A program made the position numbers and the translations under genes. Below, in pieces: positions 1 through 12,985 of a stretch of DNA of 64,000 nt. Within the stretch, counting starts at the first letter, position 1; the number at the start of each line of letters is the position of its first letter. Under the pieces are notes generated by a model that was not told where the DNA came from, searched no databases, and saw nothing but the letters and a program-made list of their open reading frames with translations. The stretch is taken from assembly GCA_951406725.2 (NCBI GenBank), contig OX597835.1:12710001-12774000 (forward strand). The letters are read 5' to 3'. The stretch comes from Octopus vulgaris (taxonomy: Eukaryota).

Positions 1-37
1 TTCTGGACTCTTTCGAGATGCTGTATGTCTTTGAGGA
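1..37 (-). mobile_element. CR1-type LINE RT fragment (window edge)
   Basis: ttctggactctttcgagatgctgtatgtctttgagga is identical to 45921-45957 inside the CR1-like remnant (LKDIQHLERVQK on the minus strand). Confidence 0.75.
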
Positions 38-249
38 TCTTTATATGATCTTTATAGAAAATTTCTTGTTTTATGTCCATTAACCGAAAACCGATGCTTA
101 GGAATTTTGTTTCTGTCTCTAAATCCAAGATAATAACATCACTGGATAGGGTATGGAAATAAAACTTTGACGATAATGCTTGCTTGCTTGCTTCTTGCTC
201 GATGGAGCTACGGTCATCCCAAGTTAGTGGTCCCAGATGTGTTATCCTA

Positions 250-520
250 TATAGAGTCAGCTAGGTCCACCAGTGCTCCCCATCACTGGTAGTCCAATGT
301 CAGCCCCTCTGCATCCTCCAAGATGACGCTGAGCTTCTGGAGATCTTCCTTGATCGTGTCCAGCTATTTGATGCTGGGCCTGCCACAAGGCCTCTTCCAG
401 ACTGCAGCTGCTACATCAAATGAAAGTAAGGCTCTGATAGGATGATTTGGTGGATGGTGGAGGACATGTCCTTACCAGTGCATGCGATGGGCAGGTATAA
501 GGTGGGAGGCTGTGGGTTGA
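250..520 (-). mobile_element. RTE-clade LINE 3' remnant
   Basis: Minus-strand translation HRMHW*GHVLHHPPNHPIRALL..WKRPCGRPSIK*LDTIKEDLQKL matches the RTE C-terminal pattern (RW.GHV.R ... RPRGRP..W.D.IKEDL); contains stops. Confidence 0.7.
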
Positions 521-1405
521 TAATAATGGCATGATACAGTAATTATGAAATATTAAATATTAAATTTCTAAATCTCTCATAGAGATATGTACGGTGGTGG
601 GGCGATAGAATGGTTGTATACTGTCAATCTAACGTGAACGTGACAGTAGGGGGTTACACTACCGCTGTTTAGCCCTAGGAAGCATCGACGCTTCCTGCTG
701 GCTTCGACACATTTTTCCTGTGTCCTTATATACATTTACGAAGGGGAGACAAACACCCCCAGCAGCCAGATTCCCAAGAAAACCTTGAGACATAAAGTTT
801 AATGACACAATCGATATATTGTGTAAAATTTTCTGTGAAAAAAGCTCATTGTTTAACAAATGTTGGAAGTGTCTGAATATAGACAAAAACAACAATGAGG
901 ACTATATCATATATGTTGGTAGAGTTAACAGAGAATGCTAGAAGTTCAAACAGGATGAATTAACGCCAGATGTGTACAAATGCCTGATTTTTACACAGGG
1001 AGTAAGTGCCGAAAAGGGTGCAAAATTTAGAACTAGAATTCTCACTAAGCTGGAATAAAACTAGGATGTAACCCTACAGCAAGTGTCAGAAGAATTTGAA
1101 AGGATAATCAAATGAAGACATGATGCAGAGGAAATTGAATGTAAAAGATTGTTTCCAAGTAAAACAATTGTGAAATAGTTAAAATAGAGATAAAGTGTTT
1201 TCTAAAATTATGACAAAATTCAGGAAATAAACCCATGTTTTGCATGTATACACCTGAGGAAAAATTGTCCATTTAAGAAAGCAGAATGCTTTCGTTGTGG
1301 AAATATAGGACATATAAAGACGCACCGTAGAACAAATCATGACAAAATGTCAGAACACAGGAAAAAGAATAAATACTATGTCATTGGAAGAAAGTGGTGA
1401 TATAA

Positions 1406-1820
1406 CGGCGAACTGGTAGAAACGTTAGCACGCCGGGCGAAATGCGTAGTGGTATTCCGTCTGTCTTTGCGTTCTGAGTTCGAATTCCGTCGAGGTTGAC
1501 TTTGCCTTTCATCCTTTCGGGGTCGATAAATTAAGTACCAGTTACGCACTGGGGTCGATATAATCGACTTAATCCGTTTGTCTGTCCTTGTTTGTCCTCT
1601 CTGTGTTTAGCCCCTTGTGGGTAGTAAAAAAATAGGTATTTCGTCTGCCGTTACGTTCTGAGTTCAAATTCCGCCGAGGTTGACTTTGCCTTTCATCCTT
1701 TCGGGGTCGATAAATTAAGTACCAGTTATGCACTGGGGTCGATCTAATCGACTTAATCTGTTTGTTTGTCTTTATTTGTCCTCTCTGTGTTTAGCCCCTT
1801 GTGGGTAGTAAAGAAATAGG
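1406..1820 (+). mobile_element. tRNA-derived SINE family B, head-truncated dimer, inserted in gypsy gag-protease
   Basis: ggcgaactggtagaaacgttagc...gagttcgaattcc (A/B-box-like head). The body repeats from ~1635. Flanks ggtgatataacg / ggtaatataacg look like a TSD. Confidence 0.85.
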
Positions 1821-2190
1821 TAATATAACGATGAGGAAATTCGTGAAGGCGAAACTCATAAATACACGTGTTAAAATGAAATTAGACACTGAAAGTGATA
1901 TCACCATTATAAACGAAAAAATACTTGGAAATATGTTGGTTCGCTGAAGTTAATTAAATCTAAAAAGGTAGGACATGGTGTTATGGGAAAAAGATTATAT
2001 TTTTTTGGTGAATTCGTATGTAATGTAATATTTCGAGGTCAAACGGAAAAGGCAAAAGGTTTTAAAAGATTCACTTAAATTTTTTACATGAATTGTTTGC
2101 AAGATTTGGTATCCCAGACAAGATAGTGTCTGACAATGGAATGTGATTTGTGTCTAGCGAATTAAAAAATAATTTGTGAAAAAAAATTTA

Positions 2191-2342
2191 GGCGCTGGAG
2201 TGACTGTGTGGTAAGTAGCTTGCTAACCAACCACATGGTTCCGGGTTCAGTCCCACTGCGTGGCATCTTGGACAAGTGTCTTCTGCTATAGCAGTGAGTG
2301 GATTTGGTAGACGAAAACTGAAAGAAGCCTGTCGTATATATG

Positions 2343-2434
<92 letters not shown>

Positions 2435-2649
2435 TGTCTGTGTTTGTCCCCCTAGCATTGCTTGACAACTGATGCTGATGTGTTTACGTCCCCGTCACTT
2501 AGCGGTTCGGCAAAAAGAGACCGATAGAATAAGTACTGGGCTTACAAAGAATAAGTCCCGGGGTCGATTTGCTCGACTAAAGGTGGTGCTCCAGCATGGC
2601 CGCAGTCAAATGACTGAAGCAAGTAAAAGAGTAAAAGAGTAAAGAGTAA
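2191..2649 (+). mobile_element. tRNA-derived SINE family A (octopus OR/CORE-SINE-like), inserted in gypsy integrase
   Basis: ggcgctggagtgactgtgtggtaag...gggttcagtccc head, internal (TA)n(TG)n, tail gcagtcaaatgactgaa..(taaaagag)n; many near-identical copies elsewhere in the window. Confidence 0.88.
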
Positions 2650-3339
2650 ACGTTCGCAGTAGAACATATAACTATGGTACCATACCATCCCAGATATAAT
2701 GGTCAGGCAGAACGCTTTATTGACACCTTAAAAGAGCCCTTAAAAAATTGAATAAGGAAGTCACGTATGAGGTAGCTCTACAACAATTTTTAAGAGTGTA
2801 CCATGTGACACCAAATTCGAATACACCAGCAGGTGGTTGACCAGCAGATCTGATGTTTGCAAGGAAAGTAAAATCAATCTTTGATAAGTTGCTACCTAGC
2901 AAGACAAGGAATAGTGCCAGGGATGACATAGCAAGATTCTTTAAAGTTGGTGTAAAGGTGTACTTGAGGGCATACAAGAATGGAATACAGAATTGGGAAG
3001 ACAGCGTAATTACCAAATGCATAGACAAAATGATGGATTGGGTAAAAAGTAGAAAAGGAACCAACTGAAAAAAGATTTGTGGAAAGCGAACCAAAGAAGT
3101 TGGAGGAACCGATGGAATGGTTGCACGATATGTTCCAAGTACTAATGCCACTGCAGGTGATTGAATCCAGGCGTGCAAGTGAGAGGAAAAGAAAACATAC
3201 AGAGTTCCTGAAAATAGATGCCAAGTGCAAAAAATATTAAATTGTATGAAAAAAACTCAAAAAAGGGAGGTGGGGTGAATAAAAATATTATTGCTAAATA
3301 AAATGACACTTTCTAAGAAAAACTTAAAAGGGGAGATAT

Positions 3340-3513
3340 TGTAGGGAATTAGTAATAATGGTACACCCTTCCCACATGACAAATGGAATAACCTAGTCAC
3401 TATAAATAAAGTGAAGTAGCAGAGTACGTAGCAGGTGGTTCAGAGATAGTCGTGTCTTTACTGGTTTTACTAAGTATACTGTATACCAAAGTGGGCGTTA
3501 TTATAATCCAACA
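3340..3513 (+). mobile_element. Putative 3' LTR of the gypsy remnant
   Basis: Polypurine tract aaaaggggaga (~3326-3336) followed by TGT...ACA ends, with internal tataaataaa. No matching 5' LTR seen. Confidence 0.5.
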
Positions 3514-3992
3514 TTTTAAGGGTATAACAAATTTGTTCTTATTATTTTAAAGATCCCCAAATCAAAATGTGCTGCCGCCAAACATACAAATATCCCAGAC
3601 AACTGCCTGAGTAAAGGATTCCTGCAGTTGGTGCTGTTGAAGATGTTTGAACTGACCACAAGACAATTTTTGTACAAATTGGATTACATTCCAAATCTGA
3701 CATTGGTCTTAGACATTTGGACATGAAAAGAGGGAATTAGCCAACAATATTTTGAAAATTGAATGTATATGAGCTTTATCTGTAGCTGCTATTTTGAAAG
3801 TAGTACTTAAAGGGTGATAATAAGACGATAGGGGAAATATTTAGACTGTGAAGAGAATGATTAGACAGCGGTGGAGATATTTAGACTGTAATGGTGACTA
3901 CAGCATTACAGTGTTTTGGTAACATTTAAATTGTAAAGTAATATTGACAACAGAAATGTTTAAGTTAAGCTGGACAATATAATATTTTAACT

Positions 3993-4230
3993 ATAAATGT
4001 AGTTTAGACTGTAATAATAAATTTAATATTTTGTCTATAAATGCAGTTTTGACTGTGCTGAGAAATTTCATATTTTGTCTATAAATGTAGTTTTGACTGT
4101 AATAATAAATTTAATATTTTGTCTATAAATGTAGTTTAAGCTGTGAAAAAATTTTCATATTTTGACAATAAATGCAGCTTAGACAGTGCTGAGAAATTTC
4201 ATATTTTGTCTATCGATGTGTTTTAGACTA
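3993..4230. repeat. 44-bp minisatellite, about 5-6 units, two alternating variants
   Basis: ataaatg(t/c)agttt(a/t)gactgt...atattttgtct recurs at 3993, 4037, 4081, 4125, 4168. Confidence 0.8.
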
Positions 4231-4565
4231 TTTTGCTAAATATCAATAACTTTCGACTCTAGAAGTGAATGTAAAAGAACTGTGATGACTATGGTACTGT
4301 GCAGTTTGGTTTAACTTGTAGCAATAATCATTAGATTTTGGTGCAAGGTTTATGCTGGTAAAACGGTGCTTAAGCAGTAAACCCCATTAAAGTCCATTTG
4401 TAAAATTGTGAAACTGTCATAATGTTTTTATGTTTCCATGTTGCAAATTGAAGCGAAATGTCTATAATTGTTATTATTGAGTCTTCATGGTATCTAAGAA
4501 TTATTGTTGTTGACTTTAGACAAAATGGAACCAGCAATGGAAGGGGTTTTAAACAGACATGCTTA

Positions 4566-5225
4566 GATGATGATGATGGTGGTGGTTGTAGCAGTGATGG
4601 TGGTGGTGGCAGCAGTGGTGGTGGTGGTGGTGGTGGTAGTGGTGGTGTTGGTGGTGGTGGTGGTGGTGGTGCTGATGGTAAAAGTGGTTGTGTGGATGGT
4701 GATGGTGATGCTGTTAGTAGTGGTGGTGGTGGTGGTGATGGTGGTGGTGGTGGTGGTGGTGCTGATGGTAAAAGTGGTTGTGTGGATGGTGATGGTGATG
4801 CTGTTAGTGGTGGTGGTGGTGGTGGGGTGGTGGTGATGGTGGTGATGTGGATGGCGATGGTGATGCTGTTAGTGGTGGTGGTGGTGGTGGGGTGGTGGTG
4901 ATGGTGGTGATGTGGATGGCGATGGTGATGCTGTTAGTGGTGGTGGTGGTGGTGGTGGTGGGGTGGTGGTGATGGTGGTGATGGTGAAAGTGGTTGCGTG
5001 GATGGTGATGGTGATGGTGACTGTGATGGTAGTGGTGTTGGTGATGGTGGTGATAATAATGGTTGTGGTGATGATGGTGATGGTGATGCTGTTAGTGGCG
5101 GTGGTAGTGGTGATGGTGGTGATCCTCATAGATTGTGGTAGTGGTGACGATGGTGGTGGTGGTGGTGGTGGTGGTGATGGGTGGTGGTTGAAGGTGTGGG
5201 TCTTAGTGGTGGGGGTGGGGTGGTG
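4566..5225. repeat. (GGT/GAT)n low-complexity tract with internal duplications
   Basis: Trinucleotide runs; gctgatggtaaaagtggttgtgtggatgg is duplicated. Source of the Gly/Val-rich ORFs. Confidence 0.9.
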
Positions 5226-5593
5226 ACAGTGGCTGTCAACATTTTTAGTATGCTACTATTGCTACTGGTTATATAGTACTATGGACCTACTCACACATAC
5301 ACACACACACGCAGGTGCCATCTCTTACTAACAGGATTTCAGAGGCACAGAGAAAACATGAAGTGTGCAAGCCCAGAGCCAACTCCTTGCCTTTGGCCCC
5401 AACTGACCAGCACATTGTCCTGAGCATTATATACACAATAAACAAAGATGCATGTATATAGACTAATAATTATACATACATACACACACACATATCACCA
5501 TCGTCATTTAGTGTCCCTTTAAAGCGTATCCCATTGTGGGGCTCTGATTTGGGAAGACCAATATTTTGAGAAGTGTATAACCATGTCTCAGCC

Positions 5594-6838
5594 CAGGGAT
5601 TCCCAATCGGAATTCATATGACCCTTGAGGGTCCATATAAGATTTTTTGGAGGGTGGGGTCCAAGCAACAAAATAATAAATTAGGGATCTTTGATAGTAT
5701 TTTAAGGACCCTTAGAGAAATTTTGCCTTAGATGTTAGTATTGGTGTGTATTACAAGAAACAGCAAGGTTTCTTTTTCTAGCATTTTACATTAGTTCAAC
5801 CTCCACAAGTTAATGTGTGGAAAAAAAAATGGGAATTTTAAAAGAAGGTTCTATAAAACTAAGGGATCCACCAGAATGAAATAGTAATCAAAGGGCTCCA
5901 TAGATAAAAAATGGTTGAGAATCCCTGCTTTAGGTGTATGTATTGGGATGTATTGCAAGAAATAGGTTTCATTCTCTGACATTTTACATAGTTCAACCTA
6001 ACACAAGTTAATGTGTGGAAAACAAAAGAGGAATTTTAAAAGAAGTTTCTATAAAACTAGTTCTTAAACGTGGAATGGCTGTGGTGTGGTCCACTAGAAT
6101 GAAATAGTATTGAAAGGGGTCCTTAGGTAAAAAAAATGGTTGGGAACCCCTTCTTTAAATGTATGTATTGGTTTTTATTGCGAGAAACAGCTGGGTTTCT
6201 TTCTGTGATATTTTACATTAGTTCAACCTACACAAGTTAATGTGTGGAAAGCAAAAGAGGAATTTTAAAAGAAGTTTCTATAAAACTAGTTTTTAAGCAT
6301 CAAATGGCTCTGGTGGGGGGGGGGGGGGGCACCAGAATGAAATAGTAACCAAAGGGCTCCATAAATAAAGAATGGTTGAGAATCCCTGCTTTAGGTGTAT
6401 GTATTGGGATGTATTGCAAGAAACAGCTGGGTTTCATTCTCTGACATTTTACATTAGTTCAACCTACACAAGTTAATGTGTGGAAAACAAAAGAGGAATT
6501 TTAAAAGAAGTTTCTATAAAACTAGTTTTTAATCCTTTAGTGTTCGCATTATTCTACCAAAATTAATGCTTTTTCATCCACTTTGTTTTGAACTAATCAT
6601 GCATTATCTTGTAACGATGAGATTTTGATGAGGTAGCTGTTAATTTTTAAAACGATATTGTAGGGTTGGTGTGAGAGACCAGATCTGGCCAGTTTGAACA
6701 TAAAACAGGCAGAATACTTTTGGCCGGATATGGCCAGTTTAAATGCTAAAGGGTTAAACATTGAATGACTATGGGGGTCCACCAGAATGAAATAGTAATC
6801 AAAGGGGTCCATAAATAAAGGATGTTTGAGAATCCCTG
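5594..6838. mobile_element. Non-autonomous hAT-type DNA transposon with a tandemly amplified (~230-bp) right end
   Basis: TIR cagggattcccaa...ttgagaatccctg; 8-bp TSD tctcagcc (5586-5593) / tcttagcc (6839-6846); right-end unit repeated four times (TIR-like copies near 5927, 6150, 6388, 6838). Confidence 0.8.
6529..6757. mobile_element. piggyBac-type TTAA MITE (~229 bp), nested in the hAT element
   Basis: ttaa-(t/c)cctttag ... ctaaaggg-ttaa; homologous to 13975-14203 and 46621-46849; uninterrupted host units have a single TTAA at this position. Confidence 0.85.
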
Positions 6839-7529
6839 TCTTAGCCACTGTTGTTCCTTGGTCTACTTTGATCTGGAGTATTAGCATCTGTTAGGGTTCC
6901 AGCTATGGGTTAACAAGCATATTTGATGACAAACCATCTGCATGTGGGGACAAAGAAAAATGCTCTTGGTTGATGCCAGGGTGCACCAGGAGTAAGAGAC
7001 CCTTAGCTGTTGTCACAGCATCCTTTTAGGGGAGGGACACTTTGATATAAAACTGGTAGTTTCATGTGTTTAGTGGCCCTTTCTCTTCAGCCTGTCACTA
7101 GATACTAATCACGGAGACCCCAAAATTGGTCAAAATGTTGTACAAGCATTTATCCCTTTACGCCAACGATGTACAGGTGTCTTTTTGATTGTGGCCTCCT
7201 TTATTGTGCCATCTACAGAGGGTCCTAAGGCGATGAAAGAGTGGTGATACGCGTAAACCGAATGAATTGGAGATGCACAGTGAGTTACAGCTTTCGTCTG
7301 TTCACCTGTGCTTCTTACCATGCAGATCTGCAACGGGACTGAATGGTCAACTGAGAGGTCATGGACGGAAAGTCAGAAATGTTACAGACAATGAGGAAGT
7401 ATGAGAAAACATCCAACATCTATGAAGACAGAGCAATAAACGTATGTTCATACGACCACACTTGCTTTATATATCTACAATTGTGTCTAGAACATTCAGT
7501 ACATGTGTAGATTGTATGTGTAGACTGAA

Positions 7530-7533
7530 TATA

Positions 7534-7595
<62 letters not shown>

Positions 7596-7757
7596 CACAA
7601 TAGACAGGCACAAGTTTTACATACCTGGCATACAATAGACATGCTCTTATATAAAGTTACCTTATCTGTGTATGTTGTGTATAGAGCTTTGAGTCTGTAT
7701 ATATTCATAAATATTGACTCTATCTATCTATCTATGTATCTATCCCCATACATGGTT

Positions 7758-7790
<33 letters not shown>

Positions 7791-8730
7791 CACACATACT
7801 ACAAATGCACAATTAAACACACAAACACACACACACACACATGTATGCATACATGCACACACATGCATACTGAAAGCTATATAAACATATATATACACAC
7901 ACATGCGCACACACACACTGCAAGTTATATAAACTATATACACTCACATGCACACACATACATACAGACACACACATACACACACCGATAGCTATATAAA
8001 CATATATATATACACACACATGCACACATACACACACTGGAAGTTATATAAACTATATACACTCACATGCACACACACACATAGAGACACACATACGCAC
8101 ACTGAAAGCTATATAAACATATATATACACACATGCACACACACACTGACAGTTATATAAACTATATACACTCACATGCACACACATACATACAGACATG
8201 CATACACACACTGAAATCTATATAAACATATATATATACACACACATGCACACATACACACACTGGAAGTTATATAAACTATATACACTCACATGCACAC
8301 ACACACATAGAGACACACACATACACACACTGATAGCTATATAAACATATATATATACACACACACACACACACAACACACATACAAACACACATACACA
8401 CACAAACACATAAACACACACACACATAGAGATACACATACGCACACTGAAAGCTATATAAACATATATATACACACATGCACACACACACTGCAAGTTA
8501 TATAAACTATATACACTAACATGCACACACATACATACAGACACGCATATGCACACTGAAAGCTATATAAACATATATATACACATATATGCACACACAC
8601 ACACAACACACATACAAACACACATACACACACATGCACACATACACACTGGAAGTTATATAAACTATATACACTCACATGCACACACACACATAGAGAC
8701 ACACACATACACACACTGATAGCTATATAA

Positions 8731-8765
<35 letters not shown>

Positions 8766-9066
8766 ACACATACAGACACACATACACACACAAACACACA
8801 AACACACACACATATACATGTACACACATTAAACATATATAAAGTACCTGTGAATCCAATAAATTGAAATCCATTTGAGAATTGCGGTTAAAATGTTTTC
8901 CTATTTTACATAAAAACAAAATATTAAAAGCTCGTTGTCAAAATATCATTTTTTTTTACATAATTTTATTGTGTTTTGTGTTTTTTTTTTGTATGGTAAC
9001 CTCTTAAAAACCTTGGAACTAAGATGTTTTACGAAGAAACTAGAAAGAATAGGGAAGAGAGATGGA

Positions 9067-9099
<33 letters not shown>

Positions 9100-9233
9100 G
9101 TATTTGTATGTGTGTGTAAATGTGTGTGTACGTGTGTGTGTTGATTTGTATGTGTGTGTAAATGTGTGTTTTATATATATGTGAGTGTCTGTGTGTGTGT
9201 GTATATGTATATATGGGCACGTGTATTTTTGTG

Positions 9234-9272
<39 letters not shown>

Positions 9273-9520
9273 ATGTGTCTATGCATGTCTTTGTGTATAT
9301 GTGTGTATATATGTTTATATGTGTGTGTGTGTATGGATATGTGAGTGCATCTGTGTCTGTGTGTGATCGTACATTTGTCTGTGTATGTGTGTGTGTGTGT
9401 GTATTTGTGTATGTGTGTATCTGTGTGTGTGTGTGTGTGTGCATGTATGTGTATTTGTGTATGTGTGTATCTGTCTGTGTGTGTGTGTGTGTGTGCGCGC
9501 TGTGTGTGTGTGTGTGTGTT
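7530..9520. repeat. (TA)n/(CA)n/(TG)n microsatellite field, including a ~110-125-bp composite tandem repeat (7860-8760)
   Basis: Recurrent anchors gaaagctatataaacat and aagttatataaactatatacactcacatg separated by variable (CA)n. Confidence 0.85.
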
Positions 9521-9899
9521 TGCCTGAAATACATTAGTATAATAAATATTCTATTTGAAAAGCTATTTGGATGTTAATCTGAAGTGAACCATGTTGGGGA
9601 GGCATGTTCCACGTTGTAGTCGAAGCCACATGACTCTGTAATGCAGGGAAATATTTCATATTCTCAACTCCATCAAATAAATGGTCCAGGCAGCTGACGG
9701 CACCTCAGCCTTCTCCCATCCAACCTCCCCCACCTAGTCTTCGACATATCATGGCATAAGAATGGCAACGTTACGTGGTAAAGCTGTTCGTTTTCTAATC
9801 AAATTGTACGGGGTCGATTCCGTTGTATGATGTCTTTGGACCTTCTAAGATTGGTGCAGCCTTGGGATGACCAAAGTCCTGGGAGTGGAATTTCTTCAC

Positions 9900-10400
9900 T
9901 GTCGATGTTGTCATCATTATTGTCATTGCCATCATCATTATCATAATCGTCATCAATTATCATCTTTGTCATTGCCAATCATCATTATCATCATCACCAT
10001 TATCATCAGCATTGATATCATCATTATCGTTGCTATCATCCTCATCGTTGTCATCATCATCATCATCATCATTATCATGATGATAATAATCATCGTCATC
10101 ATCATCTTCACCGCCATTGTTGCCATCATCTTCATTATCATCATCATTATCAGTATCATCATCATTGATATCATCGTTGTCATAATTATCATCATCACCT
10201 CCTCTGTGGAAGGGTTAAAAGCGTTTGTGGCCCTGAGAAAATTTTACCCCTCAAAGAAACAGGTGAAGGCTGGCAACAGGTATGGCATCCAGCTGTGGCA
10301 AAATCTACATCAAAAAATTCCTCCTGACCCATGTGAGAACAGAAAAGTGGACATTGGACAATGATGGTGCTTGTGATGATGATGATGATGATGATGATGA
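9900..10400. repeat. (CAT)n tract followed by a diverged RTE-tail (family C) fragment with (GAT)n tail
   Basis: ggcatccagctgt...gacccatg...aaaagtggacatt...gatgatgat is the plus-strand form of family C. Confidence 0.6.
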
Positions 10401-10859
10401 TGGTGGAAGTGGTGGTGATGGAACAGTAATCCAAGAATATTTACTGTGGTTTTACATAGAATCTGATATGTTAACCAGGATAAAAGTGGTCACCATAAGC
10501 ATTTTCTTCTATCGGTAGAAATGGAATTCATCTCTACCAAATGTGTTTTGGACACTGATTTCAAATCTGTTTCGAGATTTTATTGTATTTTAATTTTTAA
10601 TTTTTTTGTTTTTTTTTGCTTTCTAGAATGTCTAATCTTTGAAATATCACAGTTTTGTGTTTGGTCAGTTTTATCAATACTTAATGTATATCAAATAACA
10701 TTTTATACAAAATTCCTTTATTGTTTTGACCAAAAAATATAACATCCAATTGATTAGTTCATACATAATTAATTTGAGTCTCAGTTTTATATCAAAGATT
10801 CGATTAATTATATTGCTTTATTGAAGAATATATAATGTATAAGTTTTACAAAAAGAGTT

Positions 10860-11600
10860 TGTGAAAGTGATTTTTGTTCTTATGAATTTGGCTTTTGCAG
10901 TATAGCATCCTACAACAGTCAACCATGTCTTCGCGACAGAATCCCTGGTGTTATGTTTCAATTGTATGGAACCATTCTTGATGGAATCATTCTCCTTGGC
11001 CATTTCTTGCCATACTAAGATTTTCAGGAAAGAAATCTAGATGGCAATGTAGGAAATATGTTTTCAATATTCAACAAATTGTTTCTTCACAGGCTTCGAG
11101 AAGGTTTTCAACTGTGTCACCTCTGTATGCAGAGGATTTATCGCTATCCAGAAAGATTTTCATGGCTATTTACAAGCCTTACCACACTTTCAGTTCCACC
11201 CATGTTAAGGGTTAGGGTTAGGGTTAGGGTTCAAATTGAACAGCATTTAAAACCTCCCTTAATTTGTGGTTCCACATGAATTCCCTCCTCTAATTTTTTT
11301 TTTTTTTTTGTTTTGGAATCTTTTTAAGAAGATTCTAGAATCCTCTTGAAATGATTTTATGCTTTGCTTTAAAAATTTTTTCTTTTATGAAACCAAGTTT
11401 AATAAGAGGAAGAAGTAAGAATTTTTTCAGTCCTTCTACTAATGGCACCTCCATCACTGCATATTTCAACATCCATGGAAGCTAGTCTACCATTTGGAGG
11501 AACTGGAATGGCCATTGTTTCATCATGTTGGATTGGTCTAAATTCTTGGAGTGCAAAAGTTTGATAAACAGAGCTGTGTTTGTTCCTCTATAGCAACCAC
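10860..11600 (-). mobile_element. Decayed DNA transposase, most like the CMC Chapaev3 type
   Basis: Minus-strand fragments: IKLGFIK, PQI.EVLNAVQFE, KIFLDSDKSSAY..VENLLEA, YFLHCHLDFFPENLSMARNGQGE*FHQE...MVDCCRML, resembling the conserved HFLHSHLDFFPENLG..SDEHGERFHQD..MADYCW block. Superfamily assignment is from memory of that motif. Confidence 0.7.
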
Positions 11601-11639
11601 AGTTCTGTTAGCACTACAAGAATATCAAAACATTGACTT

Positions 11640-12145
<506 letters not shown>

Positions 12146-12148
<3 letters not shown>

Positions 12149-12360
12149 CCTTTCTACCAAAGGCACAAGGCCTGAAATTTTTGGGGAGAGGTTAAGTCAA
12201 TTACATTGACCCCTGTGTTTCACAGGTACTTAATTTATTGGTCCCAGAAAGGATGAAAGGCAAAGCTGACCTCAGCAGAATTTGAACCCAGAACGTAAAA
12301 ATGGACAAAATGCTGAGCATTTTGTTCGGTGTGCTATCGATTCCACTTGTTCACTGCCTT
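12146..12360 (-). mobile_element. SINE family B copy
   Basis: aaggcacaaggcctgaaattt...ggatgaaaggcaaagctgacctcagcagaatttgaacccagaacg. Confidence 0.75.
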
Positions 12361-12764
12361 TGTGTTAATGATTGGTTTGTTCTCTCCAGAACAAGATTCT
12401 AGCAAAAGGTATTGATCCAGTTAGACTCCAAAGAATTGTTGCAATAATTAAAGTTAATCTAAATATTAGTTTGGATCTCTTAACACACCATTAAACTCGA
12501 TAACTTAGTTACAAAATTTTAAATATTTAAATTAGTTCCTCTGAAGTGTTCTTGTAATAACGAACAAAGATACAACCACAAAGGAGCACAGTTGTTGTTA
12601 TTGTTATTGCTGTTGTTGTTTTTGTTGTGTTGTTGTTTAGCTCAAAAGTCAACCTGACAGAGCAGACCTACGACCCCAAAGCATTTCAGCTGTGACAATC
12701 CTAGCTTTCTTGTGGGGTTATACAGGACTTTAGGTATCTAGGGTACCTACATTGACTTCTGTGT

Positions 12765-12985
12765 AAGGTGGCATGCTGGCAGAAACGGTAGCACGCTGGG
12801 AGAGATGCTTAGTGATATTTCGTCTGTCTTTAGGTTCTGAGTTCAAATTCTGCCAAGGTCGACTTTGCCTTTCATCCTTTCAAGGTTGATAAATTAAGTG
12901 ACAGTTGCGTACAGGGGGCAATCTAATCGACAGGCACCCCCTACTCCCCAAAATTTTGGATCTTGTACCTAGAGTAGAATAGATT
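12765..12985 (+). mobile_element. SINE family B copy
   Basis: aaggtggcatgctggcagaaacggtagc...gagttcaaattctgccaaggtcgactttgcctttcatcc. Confidence 0.8.

Larger units (their letters stand above)
770..3513 (+). mobile_element. Degenerate Ty3/gypsy LTR retrotransposon (Mag/K02A2.6-like), RT/RNaseH deleted, interrupted by two SINE insertions
   Basis: Plus-strand translation: gag (KFNDTIDILCKIFCEKSSLFNKCWKCL..YKCLIFTQG..FRTRILTKLE), zinc-knuckle region (PCFAC..CPFKKAECFRCGNIGHIK, ~1230-1330), protease (KMKLDTESDITII, ~1870-1915), integrase (ELFARFGIPDKIVSDNG ~2090-2140; PYHPRYNGQAERFIDTLKRAL ~2680-2745; MFARKVKSIFDKLLP). Many stops and frameshifts. Confidence 0.88.

Noticed and set aside
4458-5226. 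Gly-rich or Val-rich protein ORFs
   Set aside because: Translations of the (GGT)n tract, open in several frames.
11327-11341. Perfect heat-shock element
   Set aside because: Lies inside a decayed transposase with no promoter context; expected by chance.
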